DNA of 64,000 nucleotides from an uncultured Gemmatimonadales bacterium (GCA_963825055.1 CAWGSK010000034.1:166907-230906), one strand, 5' to 3'; counted from the first letter of the stretch, positions 47,697 through 57,020 are shown. The notes: generated by a model from the letters alone, not told the origin. Numbers and translations: made by a program.

Positions 47697-48212
47697 TCAG
47701 TAGTAGTCCACCGTCATGGCCACCGTACCGGTGTACACGCCGGCCGGCTGGTTGCTGGCTGGAGAGACGGTGCCGCCGAGGAAGACGTAGAGGTCGCCCG
47801 CGCCACCGATGGTGGTCGCGGTCGGCGTGGCCGACGGGGTAAAGTTGCTGGCGCTCGGCGTGGCTGCCGTGGTCTCTTCGCCCGTCCACGACCCGATCGG
47901 CAGGTTGTTACCGCCGTTCACCAGGTTGGTCGGCAGCGTGAAGGTCAGGTTGACGTTCGCGTTGGAGAGGCCCTGTACGTGGAATGAGCCGGCCTGCGCC
48001 GTCCCGGACGTCGCGTCCGTCACCACGACCGTCTTGGCCACACCCGGGAGCACCGGACCGAAATCAAGCGTGTTCCCCGCGATGACATTGATCGGCGTCT
48101 GGACGTCGGCCGTCGCGCTGATCGAATTGCTGTTGACCTGCGCCTGGACTGAGGCGGCGCTGAGGCTCAAGAACGCCACCAGAGCTGCCGATACCTTGAT
48201 CGAGGTGCGCAT
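47697..48212 (-). CDS. DUF4402-like fimbrial major subunit
   Basis: First gene of the operon; SD GGGGAG; signal peptide; LDFG, LYVFLGGTV, QPAGVYTGTVAMTVDYY. Confidence 0.8.
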   Translation of the reverse strand: MRTSIKVSAALVAFLSLSAASVQAQVNSNSISATADVQTPINVIAGNTLDFGPVLPGVAKTVVVTDATSGTAQAGSFHVQGLSNANVNLTFTLPTNLVNGGNNLPIGSWTGEETTAATPSASNFTPSATPTATTIGGAGDLYVFLGGTVSPASNQPAGVYTGTVAMTVDYY

Positions 48213-48297
48213 TGCCCTTCTCCCCTTTGGGTGTGATCGAAAACGAAAGTGGATCGCGACTGGGGAGTTGCACCTCCCCGACGGCGACGAGGGAAGG

Positions 48298-48312
48298 GCA
48301 AGCGGCATGCCA
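48298..48312 (-). promoter_or_regulatory. Sigma-54 promoter of the fimbrial operon
   Basis: Minus strand TGGCATGCCGCTTGC (GG-N10-GC), about 85 bp before the ATG; AT-rich tract 48319-48490 upstream. Confidence 0.75.
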
Positions 48313-48522
48313 GACCGTGTAATTATTGTCGCACTGTACGAATTGTTGACGAATTTTGCACAAGTTGCTATAGCGCAAGTCGATAGGGCATTTGCAGCAC
48401 AGTATTCTATACGAATAGTCAAAAAACAATACAGCGCAAAATGAGCGCTTGCAAAGGCCGATATCACTCCGTAACTCTCTGTCAGGCAGTGATTTGAAGC
48501 CACAGGAATCCGAGGCTCAGAA

Positions 48523-48867
48523 ATGGATGCCATCCCGGGCGGTTTGGGCCGGTTTGGAACGGCTTTAGGGGTTGTACGGCCATGGCAAATCGCGGCAGCG
48601 GTGATTGCTGTGGTTGTCCTGACGGGTGGATCCCGGACGGCGGAGGCGCAGGCCAGTGCCCGCGTCCAGGTGGCGGCTACCGTCATCCCGGCGGCGGCGG
48701 CCTGGGAGACCCGTGATGGAGTGCTGGCCCTTCTCCGGACTCAACCCACCGGGGGTATGCTCCACACTTCCGTCGCGACGATCGTGTCGGAGCCGGCTAC
48801 CGTCCCGGCAGGTCAGGGCGAGGCCGATCCCCGGCGTATCCTGACCGTGAACTACCTCGCGAACTGA
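48523..48867 (+). CDS. Small secreted pilin-like protein
   Basis: Hydrophobic leader, AEA-QASARVQVAATVI, C-terminal ILTVNYLAN; start uncertain. Confidence 0.5.
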   Translation: MDAIPGGLGRFGTALGVVRPWQIAAAVIAVVVLTGGSRTAEAQASARVQVAATVIPAAAAWETRDGVLALLRTQPTGGMLHTSVATIVSEPATVPAGQGEADPRRILTVNYLAN

Positions 48868-49050
48868 GCCGGGCGGACGCTCCGTTCCGCACACACCGCG
48901 TTGATGATGGCTTGACGATCTGGCTGACCATTGGCCTGGTGTCAGCAAATTGCCGCGTCAGTGGCAGGTTGATCGGGCGGCCTTCCTCCTTCCTCTGCTG
49001 GCCCTGTCCGTCCCCCAGGTAACCTGCCGGCTGCCACCCCTGTCACACCG

Positions 49051-49066
49051 TGGCCCGTACCTTGCT
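49051..49066 (+). promoter_or_regulatory. Sigma-54 promoter of the GGDEF/EAL gene
   Basis: TGGCCCGTACCTTGCT (GG-N10-GC), about 68 bp before the ATG. Confidence 0.65.
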
Positions 49067-49133
49067 ACCTGACGGCCAGATAACTGATTCCGGCGCCACG
49101 GCTTGAGTGGCGCGTCACTGGACCGGGAAGCCC

Positions 49134-51533
49134 ATGAACCCAGTCGTCGTGCTCTCGCTGGTGCTGCGTGTTGCCGCCGTCCTCCTCGCCCTGCTGCTCT
49201 GGGCAAGGCGGCGCGACTGGCGAATGGGCCTGGTCGCGGCTCCGCTCCTGGCCCTGGCCTTGTCGGAACTTCCGGCCGTGTCAGGCCATCTCCATCCCGC
49301 CACCGGCCTGAACCTCGCCATCATCACGGAACTCCTGGTAAGTCTCTCCGTGGTGGTGGCGGTGCTCTATCTCGACCAGATCATGGAGGCGCATGACCGG
49401 GCACTCCGGGCACTCTCCCTGGAGAAGGCGAGCATGGAGCAGCTGTTCGAGAGCGCTCCGGATGCCCTGGTCCTGGTGGACAACGACAGCCGGATTCTCC
49501 GCCTCAATTCGCGGTTCACCCGGCTGTTCGGCTATTCCATAGAGGAAGTCCGGGCGCAGTCGGTCGACGGCCTGCTTGCCCCGCCAGAACTGATCGATGA
49601 GGCGGTGGCGATTACCTCCGAGGCCGCGCGCGGCGCGCCGGTCGACCGGGAAACGCTCCGCCGCTGCCGCGACGGTTCACTCGTGGACGTCTCCATCTCT
49701 GCCACGCCCATCATCGTGAACGGGGAGCAGGTGGCGGTGTACGGCAGCTACCGGGACATCACTGACCGCAAGCGGGTGGAGCAGGCTCTCCGTGAGAGCG
49801 AAGAACGATATGCGATCGCCACCCGGGGCACGAACGACGGCCTCTGGGACTGGGACCTCCGCCACGACCGGATCTTCTTCTCCGTGCGCTGGCGGGAGAT
49901 GCTCGGCTGGTCGGAGGAGGACGTGAGCGAGCGTCCCGCCGACTGGTTCGCCCTCATCCACCCGGACGACGCGGAGCGGGTGGAAACCGCACTGCTGGAG
50001 CACCGCGACTCCGGTTACGACCACATCGAACTGGAGTACCAGATCCGCGCCGCGGACGGGACCTACCACTGGGTGCTCACGCGGGGGATGCTCCTGCGGG
50101 CCGGCGACGGCACGCCCATCCGCATGGCCGGATCCCAGACCGACATCAGCGCCCGCAAGCAGACCGAGAGCCAGCTGCTGCACGATGCGCTGCACGACGC
50201 CCTCACCGGGCTGTCCAATCGTTCGCTGTTCATGGACCGGCTGGATCACGTGCTCGCGAAGGCCCGGCGGCGCCCGGAGGGGCTGTTCGCGGTCCTCTTT
50301 CTCGACCTTGACCGCTTCAAGGTCATCAATGACAGCCTGGGCCACCTGCTGGGCGACCGTCTCCTGGTCGAGTTCGGCCGGCGCCTGCTGGAAGCCATCC
50401 GGCCGGGCGACACGGTCGCGCGGCTCGGTGGAGATGAGTTTGCCATCCTGCTCGAGGACCTCCGGGAATCGGGCGAGGCCGCGGAGGTGGCGGAACGGAT
50501 CCAGAAGGACCTCGCGATCCCGTTCACCCTGGACGGGCAGGATGTCTACACCACCACCAGTATCGGTATCGCCTTCGGCGTGCCGAGCTATGACCGGCCG
50601 GAGCAGCTTCTGCGGGACGCCGACACGGCGATGTACCGGGCAAAGGTGACCGGCAAGGCGCGTCACGAGGTCTTCGATGCGGACATGCACGCGGATGTCC
50701 TGACGCAGCTGCAGCTGGAGACCGACCTGCGGCGCGCCGTTGATGCGGAGCAGTTCCTGCTGCACTACCAGCCGATCCTCTCGCTCACCACCGGGCGTAT
50801 CGTCGGCTTCGAGGCGCTCATGCGCTGGGAGCATCCCCAGCGCGGGCTGGTCAGCCCGGGCGACTTCATCCCGCTGGCCGAGGAGACCGGGCTCATCGTC
50901 CCCATCGGCTGGTGGGTACTGGAAGCCGCGGCGCGCCAGATGAAGGAATGGCAGCAGCGATTCCCGGCGAGCCGGCACCTGTCGGTCAGCGTGAACCTCT
51001 CGGCCCGCCTGTTCCGGCGCGAGGACCTGCACGACCGGGTCATGGAGATTCTCCGGGCCTCGGGGCTCGCGCCCGAAAGCCTCCGGCTCGAGATCACCGA
51101 GAGCGCGCTCATGGACTATGTGGACGGGAGCGTCCACATGCTCGATGCACTGCGTCGGGAAGGCATTGATGTGCAGATCGACGACTTCGGCACCGGGTAT
51201 TCCTCACTCAACTACCTGCACCGGTTCAACATCAGCGCGCTCAAGATTGACCGCTCGTTCATCAGCCGCCTCGGCGTGGTGGGGGAAAATTCGGAGATCG
51301 CCCGCACGATCATCACCCTGGCCCGTAACCTGGGGATCAAGGTCGTCGCCGAGGGAGTGGAGACCCGCGAGCAGCTGCACCACCTGAAGGCCCTCGGCTG
51401 CGACTACGGCCAGGGGTTCCTCCTCTCGGCCCCCCTGACGCCGGGGCGCGTGGAGGAGCGGTTCCTCTGCCAGCCCGGCGGGGAGCCGCGGATCGCCGAA
51501 CTGGAGCCGGTGCTGTCGAACTGGGTCGGTTGA
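49134..51533 (+). CDS. Membrane-anchored PAS-PAS-GGDEF-EAL c-di-GMP cyclase/phosphodiesterase
   Basis: N-terminal TM segments; PAS/PAC domains; RPGD I-site, RLGGDEF; FEALMRW; DDFGTGYSS. Confidence 0.95.
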   Translation: MNPVVVLSLVLRVAAVLLALLLWARRRDWRMGLVAAPLLALALSELPAVSGHLHPATGLNLAIITELLVSLSVVVAVLYLDQIMEAHDRALRALSLEKASMEQLFESAPDALVLVDNDSRILRLNSRFTRLFGYSIEEVRAQSVDGLLAPPELIDEAVAITSEAARGAPVDRETLRRCRDGSLVDVSISATPIIVNGEQVAVYGSYRDITDRKRVEQALRESEERYAIATRGTNDGLWDWDLRHDRIFFSVRWREMLGWSEEDVSERPADWFALIHPDDAERVETALLEHRDSGYDHIELEYQIRAADGTYHWVLTRGMLLRAGDGTPIRMAGSQTDISARKQTESQLLHDALHDALTGLSNRSLFMDRLDHVLAKARRRPEGLFAVLFLDLDRFKVINDSLGHLLGDRLLVEFGRRLLEAIRPGDTVARLGGDEFAILLEDLRESGEAAEVAERIQKDLAIPFTLDGQDVYTTTSIGIAFGVPSYDRPEQLLRDADTAMYRAKVTGKARHEVFDADMHADVLTQLQLETDLRRAVDAEQFLLHYQPILSLTTGRIVGFEALMRWEHPQRGLVSPGDFIPLAEETGLIVPIGWWVLEAAARQMKEWQQRFPASRHLSVSVNLSARLFRREDLHDRVMEILRASGLAPESLRLEITESALMDYVDGSVHMLDALRREGIDVQIDDFGTGYSSLNYLHRFNISALKIDRSFISRLGVVGENSEIARTIITLARNLGIKVVAEGVETREQLHHLKALGCDYGQGFLLSAPLTPGRVEERFLCQPGGEPRIAELEPVLSNWVG

Positions 51534-51546
51534 GACTTCCCCCGGT

Positions 51547-51593
51547 CTTTACAACGCAAAGTACTTGACAATGCGCCGGGAAGGGTCGATACT
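51547..51593 (+). promoter_or_regulatory. Sigma-70 promoter (leaderless) with adjacent operator CTTTACAACGCAAAG
   Basis: TTGACA(51565)-N17-GATACT, ATG 7 nt later; palindrome at 51547-51561. Confidence 0.65.
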
Positions 51594-51600
51594 CGGGGCC

Positions 51601-52212
51601 ATGTCCGCCATTCGTGCCCTCAGGCCAGACGCCCCAGCCCCCGCGCTCCATGACCGTGCCATGGACAACCTCCGGTTCATCCGTGAGACCATGGAACGGG
51701 CGGCGTCCTTCACGGCGGTTCCGGGGTGGGGTGGGGTAGCCATTGGGGCCACGGCATTGGCGACCGCAGCCATCGCCGCCCGTCAGCCCTGGCCCCTCGG
51801 ATGGGGATGGACCTGGCTGCTCGAGGCTGCGGTGGCGGGCGTGATCGGGTTTGCGACCCTTCACCGCAAGGCACGCCGCTCCGATACATCGCTGTTCCGC
51901 GGGCCCGGACGCCGATTCACCCTCGGGTTTCTGCCGGCCGTCCTGGTCGGCGGCGTCCTGACGCTCGCTCTCTGGCGGGCGGGCCAGTTCACGATCATCC
52001 CGGGGCTCTGGCTGCTCCTCTACGGTGTGGCCGTCCTGTCGGCCGGGGCATTTTCCGTCCGCATCGTGCCCCTCCTGGGCCTCTGCTTCATCGCCACCGG
52101 TGTTTTCGCCCTGTTCACCCCACCCGCCTGGCGCGATGCCTGGATGGCGGCAGGGTTTGGCGGACTTCACGTCATTTTCGGTCTCATCATCGCCTGGAGG
52201 TACGGTGGCTAG
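51601..52212 (+). CDS. Six-TM membrane protein
   Basis: AMDNLRFIRETME; WLLLYG; GFGGLHVIFG. Confidence 0.8.
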   Translation: MSAIRALRPDAPAPALHDRAMDNLRFIRETMERAASFTAVPGWGGVAIGATALATAAIAARQPWPLGWGWTWLLEAAVAGVIGFATLHRKARRSDTSLFRGPGRRFTLGFLPAVLVGGVLTLALWRAGQFTIIPGLWLLLYGVAVLSAGAFSVRIVPLLGLCFIATGVFALFTPPAWRDAWMAAGFGGLHVIFGLIIAWRYGG

Positions 52213-52585
52213 GTCCGGCGCGGCCCCCCGGCGCGACGGGGACCGGCGCCCTGAACTCAAGGGCGTTTCGGGTGGCAGGGCCACCGAGGCCCCGCTGGCG
52301 CTCGACCGCCTGATTCACGAGCGGATGCGGCTGGCCATCGTCAGCGCGCTTGCGGTCAACGAGCGCTGCAGCTTCAACGATCTCAAGGCGTTGCTCGGCA
52401 CCAGTGACGGGAACCTCAGCGTCCACGCGAGGAAGCTCGAGGAGGCGGGATACATCACCTGCACGAAATCGTTCGAGGACCGGGTGCCGCGGACCGAGTT
52501 CGCCCTGAGCCCGGCCGGACGGCGCGCGCTCGAGGAATACCTGGCACACATGGAGGCCCTGATCGAGGCAACCCGTCAGGGATAG
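52205..52585 (+). CDS. Winged-helix transcriptional regulator (HTH_34/ArsR-like)
   Basis: LDRLIHERMRLAI, SDGNLSVHARKLEEAGY, PRT...GRRAL. Confidence 0.9.
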   Translation: MARSGAAPRRDGDRRPELKGVSGGRATEAPLALDRLIHERMRLAIVSALAVNERCSFNDLKALLGTSDGNLSVHARKLEEAGYITCTKSFEDRVPRTEFALSPAGRRALEEYLAHMEALIEATRQG

Positions 52586-52614
52586 GCGTTTCTCTTTTTT
52601 TGGGATGCAACTTT

Positions 52615-53397
52615 ATGCGACAAAGCGAACGATCCCCCCAGGGTCTCCACGTGGGGATCATCATGGATGGCAACGGACGCTGGGCGGAGGAGCGGGGGCG
52701 GGCACGTCCTCTCGGTCATCGCGCGGGCGCCGATGCCGTGCGGCGCGTGGTGGAAGCCGCCCCCTCCCTCGGGATCGGTACCCTGACCCTCTACGCATTC
52801 TCGGCCGACAACTGGCGGCGTCCGCGCGGCGAGGTGGATGCCCTCCTGCGGCTGTTCGGGCTGTACCTCCGGCAGGAAGCCGTCCCCTGCTCCAACCAGG
52901 GCGTGCGGCTCAACGTGATCGGGCGCCGGGACCGGCTGCCCCTCCGCCTGGTCAGTGCCATCCGGTCGGCGGAGCGGCTGACGGCGGGCGGGCGGCGACT
53001 GCTGCTGCGCCTCGCCGTTGACTACAGCGCGCGCAGTTCCATCGTCTGCGCGGCCGGACGCATCGCGAACCGGTCACCGGGACCGGCGGGATTCCGCCGC
53101 GCGCTCGCGGAGGTGGATCACGCCGCACTGGTGCCGACCGACGTGGACCTCGTCATCCGGACCGGCGGCGAACTCCGGCTGAGTGACTTCCAGCTGTGGG
53201 AGTGCGCCTACGCCGAGCTGTGGTTCAATCCGGTCCTCTGGCCGGATTTCACCCGGACGCACCTTGAAGCGGCCCTGCGGGACTTTCATGCGCGCACGCG
53301 GCGGTTCGGCGGTGTCGAGCCCGCCGACGAGATCGCTCACCGCCCCGAACTGCTCAGCCTTCACCCGGAGTACCACCATGGCCGCCGGTCATCCTGA
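52615..53397 (+). CDS. uppS: cis-Prenyltransferase (undecaprenyl/decaprenyl diphosphate synthase paralog)
   Basis: HVGIIMDGNGRWA, YAFSADNWRRP, IRTGGELRLSDF, WPDF, RRFGG. Confidence 0.9.
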   Translation: MRQSERSPQGLHVGIIMDGNGRWAEERGRARPLGHRAGADAVRRVVEAAPSLGIGTLTLYAFSADNWRRPRGEVDALLRLFGLYLRQEAVPCSNQGVRLNVIGRRDRLPLRLVSAIRSAERLTAGGRRLLLRLAVDYSARSSIVCAAGRIANRSPGPAGFRRALAEVDHAALVPTDVDLVIRTGGELRLSDFQLWECAYAELWFNPVLWPDFTRTHLEAALRDFHARTRRFGGVEPADEIAHRPELLSLHPEYHHGRRSS

Positions 53398-54007
53398 ACT
53401 GCTTGCGCTCACTGCGTTGATCGTGCTGGGCGCGGGGGTGATGTCCCTCCGTGCCCTGCTTCGGGCCGATCGCCCGCGCGCGGGACGCTGGACGATTGTG
53501 ATGCTCCTGCTGCTCGCGGCATACGGCGGCGCGCTGGTGATCGTGTCCGCAACGTCCCGCCCCGTGACCCTGTCACCCGGGCAGGCGAAGTACTTCTGCG
53601 GGTTCTACATCGATTGCCACATCGGCGTGGCGGTGGTGGATGACCGGACGGACACCGTGGATACATCAGGGGAGGTCGTGCGTCATGTGGTCACGGTGGA
53701 AATGCGCAGCGACGCGAGGCGCGCGACCATCGGCGTGACGGGCGTTCGCGCCGAGCTGGTCGCGGCTGACGGCCGGCGCTTCCAGCCGGAGGATCCTGCA
53801 GCCGGAAGTGCCCTGGAGGAGCGCCTGCCCGCCGGCGCATCGTACCGCCGGGATCTGGTGTTCGAGGTACCGGCCGATACGGGTCCGCTGACGCTGGACG
53901 TGAGCGAGGGCTGGTGGGTGGACCGGCTGATCGAGCAGGTGATCATCGGGGACGAAGACAGTCTCCTTCATCCGCGCACCACGCTTGCCCTCGGTGCCGC
54001 TGCCTAG
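53378..54007 (+). CDS. Membrane-anchored Ig-like protein (DUF4352-like)
   Basis: Two TM segments, then LVAADGRRF..LPAGASY..LVFEVP. Confidence 0.6.
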   Translation: MAAGHPELLALTALIVLGAGVMSLRALLRADRPRAGRWTIVMLLLLAAYGGALVIVSATSRPVTLSPGQAKYFCGFYIDCHIGVAVVDDRTDTVDTSGEVVRHVVTVEMRSDARRATIGVTGVRAELVAADGRRFQPEDPAAGSALEERLPAGASYRRDLVFEVPADTGPLTLDVSEGWWVDRLIEQVIIGDEDSLLHPRTTLALGAAA

Positions 54008-56859
54008 AGCGCGAGTTCGAGCCCGATCCTGAGCCGCCGCCCGGGGCCGGTGAGCGCCGGTTCCCCGAACGCCGACTGCAGCAGGGCCTGGGAACTCCGC
54101 CGCTGCTCGGCCAGCGTGAAGACGTGGTCGCCGTCGCCGAACCGCTCCTCGGCGCGCACCAGGTAGATGCAGTTGGGGGGCGACGGCTGGTACTGTGACG
54201 TATACCAGGTCCCACACCCGGAAGCCGCGGCGCCCCCGAAGCGCAGGTCCATGTCGCCATTGCCGAGGTACACGCCGTTGGTAAGCGCGGCCGAGCTGTA
54301 GGCCGCGCTGTCCATGCTCCACCGACGGTCGGCGAAAAGCTGGTCGTGCGTTGTGCCGGTCGAGGCGAACACCCGGGTTACGTTCCGGAAGTCGAGCAGG
54401 TTCCTGGCGTCCAGCCACAAAGTCAGTGCGCGGCCGCCGACCGGGATGGTCCGCGTCACCCGCAGGTCGAGCTGCTTCACCGCCGGAAGCCGGGCGCCGT
54501 TGATCTCTCCCTCGAAGAACCCGGGACAGAACCGGTCTGACAGCGTCCCCGCGTTGTTCAGGTCGCGCACGCACCGGGTATAGGGCGTGCCGCTGGCGTA
54601 CCGCGCCACGATCCAGGCCGAGGTGCCCCGGAGCAGCCCCGCGGCGCCTTGCCACTCATCCGGGGCATCCAGTGTGATGATGCCGCTCACGGCATGTGGA
54701 CGGGTACCGTTGGCGACGCTTCCGTCGGGCGTGCGCGACCGGGTCCAGGCATAGCCCAGCGTGCCACGAATGAAGCGACCCAGCTGGCGGCGCATGACCG
54801 CCTCCCCGCCGAGGACCGTGCGCTCGCCGGTGCCAAGCCACGTGGCGATATCCTGGTTCCGGCTGAACAGCGGGTCCGGGCGGGAGACGAGGCGGGCCTC
54901 CGGGAGGCCTGTCGTGTGCCGGTGGAACAGCGCGACGTCGAGTTCGAATCCCCCGCCCACCTCCCGCGTCAGTCCGGCCTCGACCAGGTCGGCCCGGATG
55001 AAGTCCAGGTCACTGCCGAACACCTGGGAAGTATTGGTGACGGCGAGATCGGTATTGAGTCCGGTGAAGACCAGCCCGAGGTCGGGCAGCATGACCTGGC
55101 GGCCATAGCCGGCCCGGAGCACCGTCCCCGGGCCGGTCCGGTACGCGAGCGCCAGCCGGGGAGCCAGCGCGCCGTGCCGTCCATCCCTGACGAACCCCGC
55201 CGTGGGATCAGCGGGATCGAACCCCGGTGCGGAGGAGATACGCGGGAACGCCGGCCGGCTGGCCCGCGAGTCGAACCGTTCGTACCGGAGCCCGGCCATC
55301 ACCCGCAGGCCCCCCAGCGTGGCCTGGTCCTGCACGAACAGTGCGGAGCGCACCGGCTGCTCGCGGTAGACATCGGAGCCGGCCTGGGACACGAGGACGT
55401 GACTGTAGTAGTCGATGTCGTACCGGGTGACTTCCCCTCCGGCCGTGAGGGCGTGGCGGGGAAGGGGCCGCCATTGCACCGCCGCCTGGCCGACGAGGCG
55501 GCGTTCGCGCGAGAGGGTGATGCGCCCGACCGGTCCTCCGCCTTCCGCGAATCCCGGGAGCGCATAAGGCCCGTCGGCAAACTGATCAATCAGGCCGTAC
55601 TGGTCGCGGTTCTCGAGGTTGTAGGGCGAGCGACGGCTGCCGGGAGTGTTGAGCCGGTAGTTGCTGAGGAGTTCGTCATCGATCGGGAAGGTCTTGAAGT
55701 CGTACCGGAAGTCGAATGCGTGAATCAGGAAGCCGCCGCCGGGGGCGCGAGTGTCGATCTCGCCCGCCGGGGTGAGTGGACCTTCGATAACCGCATCGCG
55801 CTGCCAGGACAGGGATGCGCGCAGGGCGGGACCCGTCAGGCCGAACCGGTGGGAGAGTGTGGCCCCCACCATCCGGTTCCAGTCCCGGTTGGCCGAAAGG
55901 GCCAGGGGATTGAACGCCAGCGCGTAGTCGAACAGGCGCGCCTGGCGCTGGCTGGCGACGGCCAGGACGTGGACGCTCGTGGCCGGGGACAGGTCGAAGG
56001 TCGCTCCGGCCTGCAGCTGGTACGATGATCGCGCACTGAACGGCGTCCGGATCCCCTCACAACCGAAGCCATAGTTGGAGGCGATGCCCGGGTTAGTGCT
56101 CCCGGCATACTGCTCGCAGTCGCCCCGGCGGACCGCGTAGCGGGCGATGCTCACCCTCAATGTGTCCGAGAAGGGATCGGCCGGCGTTTCTGCATACATG
56201 ACCACGGTGTCGAGACCCGCCTGCGCAAACAGCGGGGTGTCGAGCGCCCCGCGGCCGATTTCAATGGAGCGTTGCCCCTCGAGCACGGCCGCGCCCATCA
56301 CGCGAATTCGCGTGGTGACCGTACCACCCGCCCTGGCCTCGAACCGGTTGTAGCCGATACTCGATCCGGACCCGGAGAGTTCATCCGTGCTCCATGAGGC
56401 ACTCGCCTTGAGGGGACCTTCGCCCCGGGCCGTTTCCAGGAACACCCCGCCGCTGGTGGCGTTGCCGTAAGCCGCGTCGAGGGGGCCCGTCTGGACTGAC
56501 GCGCGGTCGAGGCCGTTCGTGCCGGGAAGGACGCGGGCGGAGAACGAGCGTGGCGCCAGGGTGCCAGGCCATGCCGTCAACCGGAGCCCCGGCGAGATGG
56601 CGATGCCGTCGATCCAGGTGGTGACCTCCTCCGGGCTTCCGCCACGGAGGGTCAGCCTCCCCTCATCGGTCGCCTCGACGCCGGCCTCGCCGAGCAGGGC
56701 GTTCTCCACCCGGTCAACCGGGAGGCGGCGCAACTCGAGGCCATCGAGACCACGGGCCGTAGTGATCGGAGCCGCCGTGGAATCGCCAGCGGACTGGGCC
56801 TCCGACTGCAGCGGCGCCAGGAGCGCGAATGCGGCAAGGCACGGCCAATACACACGCAT
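54004..56859 (-). CDS. TonB-dependent receptor-like outer-membrane protein
   Basis: Signal peptide; LRGGSPEE..WIDGI, AAYGNATSGGV plug; DARNLLD; C-terminal LRIGLELAL. Confidence 0.8.
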   Translation of the reverse strand: MRVYWPCLAAFALLAPLQSEAQSAGDSTAAPITTARGLDGLELRRLPVDRVENALLGEAGVEATDEGRLTLRGGSPEEVTTWIDGIAISPGLRLTAWPGTLAPRSFSARVLPGTNGLDRASVQTGPLDAAYGNATSGGVFLETARGEGPLKASASWSTDELSGSGSSIGYNRFEARAGGTVTTRIRVMGAAVLEGQRSIEIGRGALDTPLFAQAGLDTVVMYAETPADPFSDTLRVSIARYAVRRGDCEQYAGSTNPGIASNYGFGCEGIRTPFSARSSYQLQAGATFDLSPATSVHVLAVASQRQARLFDYALAFNPLALSANRDWNRMVGATLSHRFGLTGPALRASLSWQRDAVIEGPLTPAGEIDTRAPGGGFLIHAFDFRYDFKTFPIDDELLSNYRLNTPGSRRSPYNLENRDQYGLIDQFADGPYALPGFAEGGGPVGRITLSRERRLVGQAAVQWRPLPRHALTAGGEVTRYDIDYYSHVLVSQAGSDVYREQPVRSALFVQDQATLGGLRVMAGLRYERFDSRASRPAFPRISSAPGFDPADPTAGFVRDGRHGALAPRLALAYRTGPGTVLRAGYGRQVMLPDLGLVFTGLNTDLAVTNTSQVFGSDLDFIRADLVEAGLTREVGGGFELDVALFHRHTTGLPEARLVSRPDPLFSRNQDIATWLGTGERTVLGGEAVMRRQLGRFIRGTLGYAWTRSRTPDGSVANGTRPHAVSGIITLDAPDEWQGAAGLLRGTSAWIVARYASGTPYTRCVRDLNNAGTLSDRFCPGFFEGEINGARLPAVKQLDLRVTRTIPVGGRALTLWLDARNLLDFRNVTRVFASTGTTHDQLFADRRWSMDSAAYSSAALTNGVYLGNGDMDLRFGGAAASGCGTWYTSQYQPSPPNCIYLVRAEERFGDGDHVFTLAEQRRSSQALLQSAFGEPALTGPGRRLRIGLELAL

Positions 56860-57020
56860 GACGAACTCCAGTAGTCGGGGGTGTCTCGCTGTTGCGACGT
56901 TCGACTGCGTACCGAACGCACATCGTGGCATAGCCTACCGGAGCGGGCGTGCCCCGCAACCCCCCTCGCCCGCCGGGGTGCGGAAGGGTTGCTCAACGAT
57001 CCGTAAGTCATTGTGGGGAC

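Noticed and set aside
48319..48490. AT-rich tract as a horizontally acquired island
   Set aside because: Short and non-coding; flanking genes have host-like GC; better explained as a regulatory region
48960..49045. Possible riboswitch (GGCAGCCGG...GTTACC on the minus strand; GGCAGGTT/AACCTGCC inverted repeat)
   Set aside because: The 5' half of the motif is absent, the orientation is wrong for the neighbouring genes, and the stem is short
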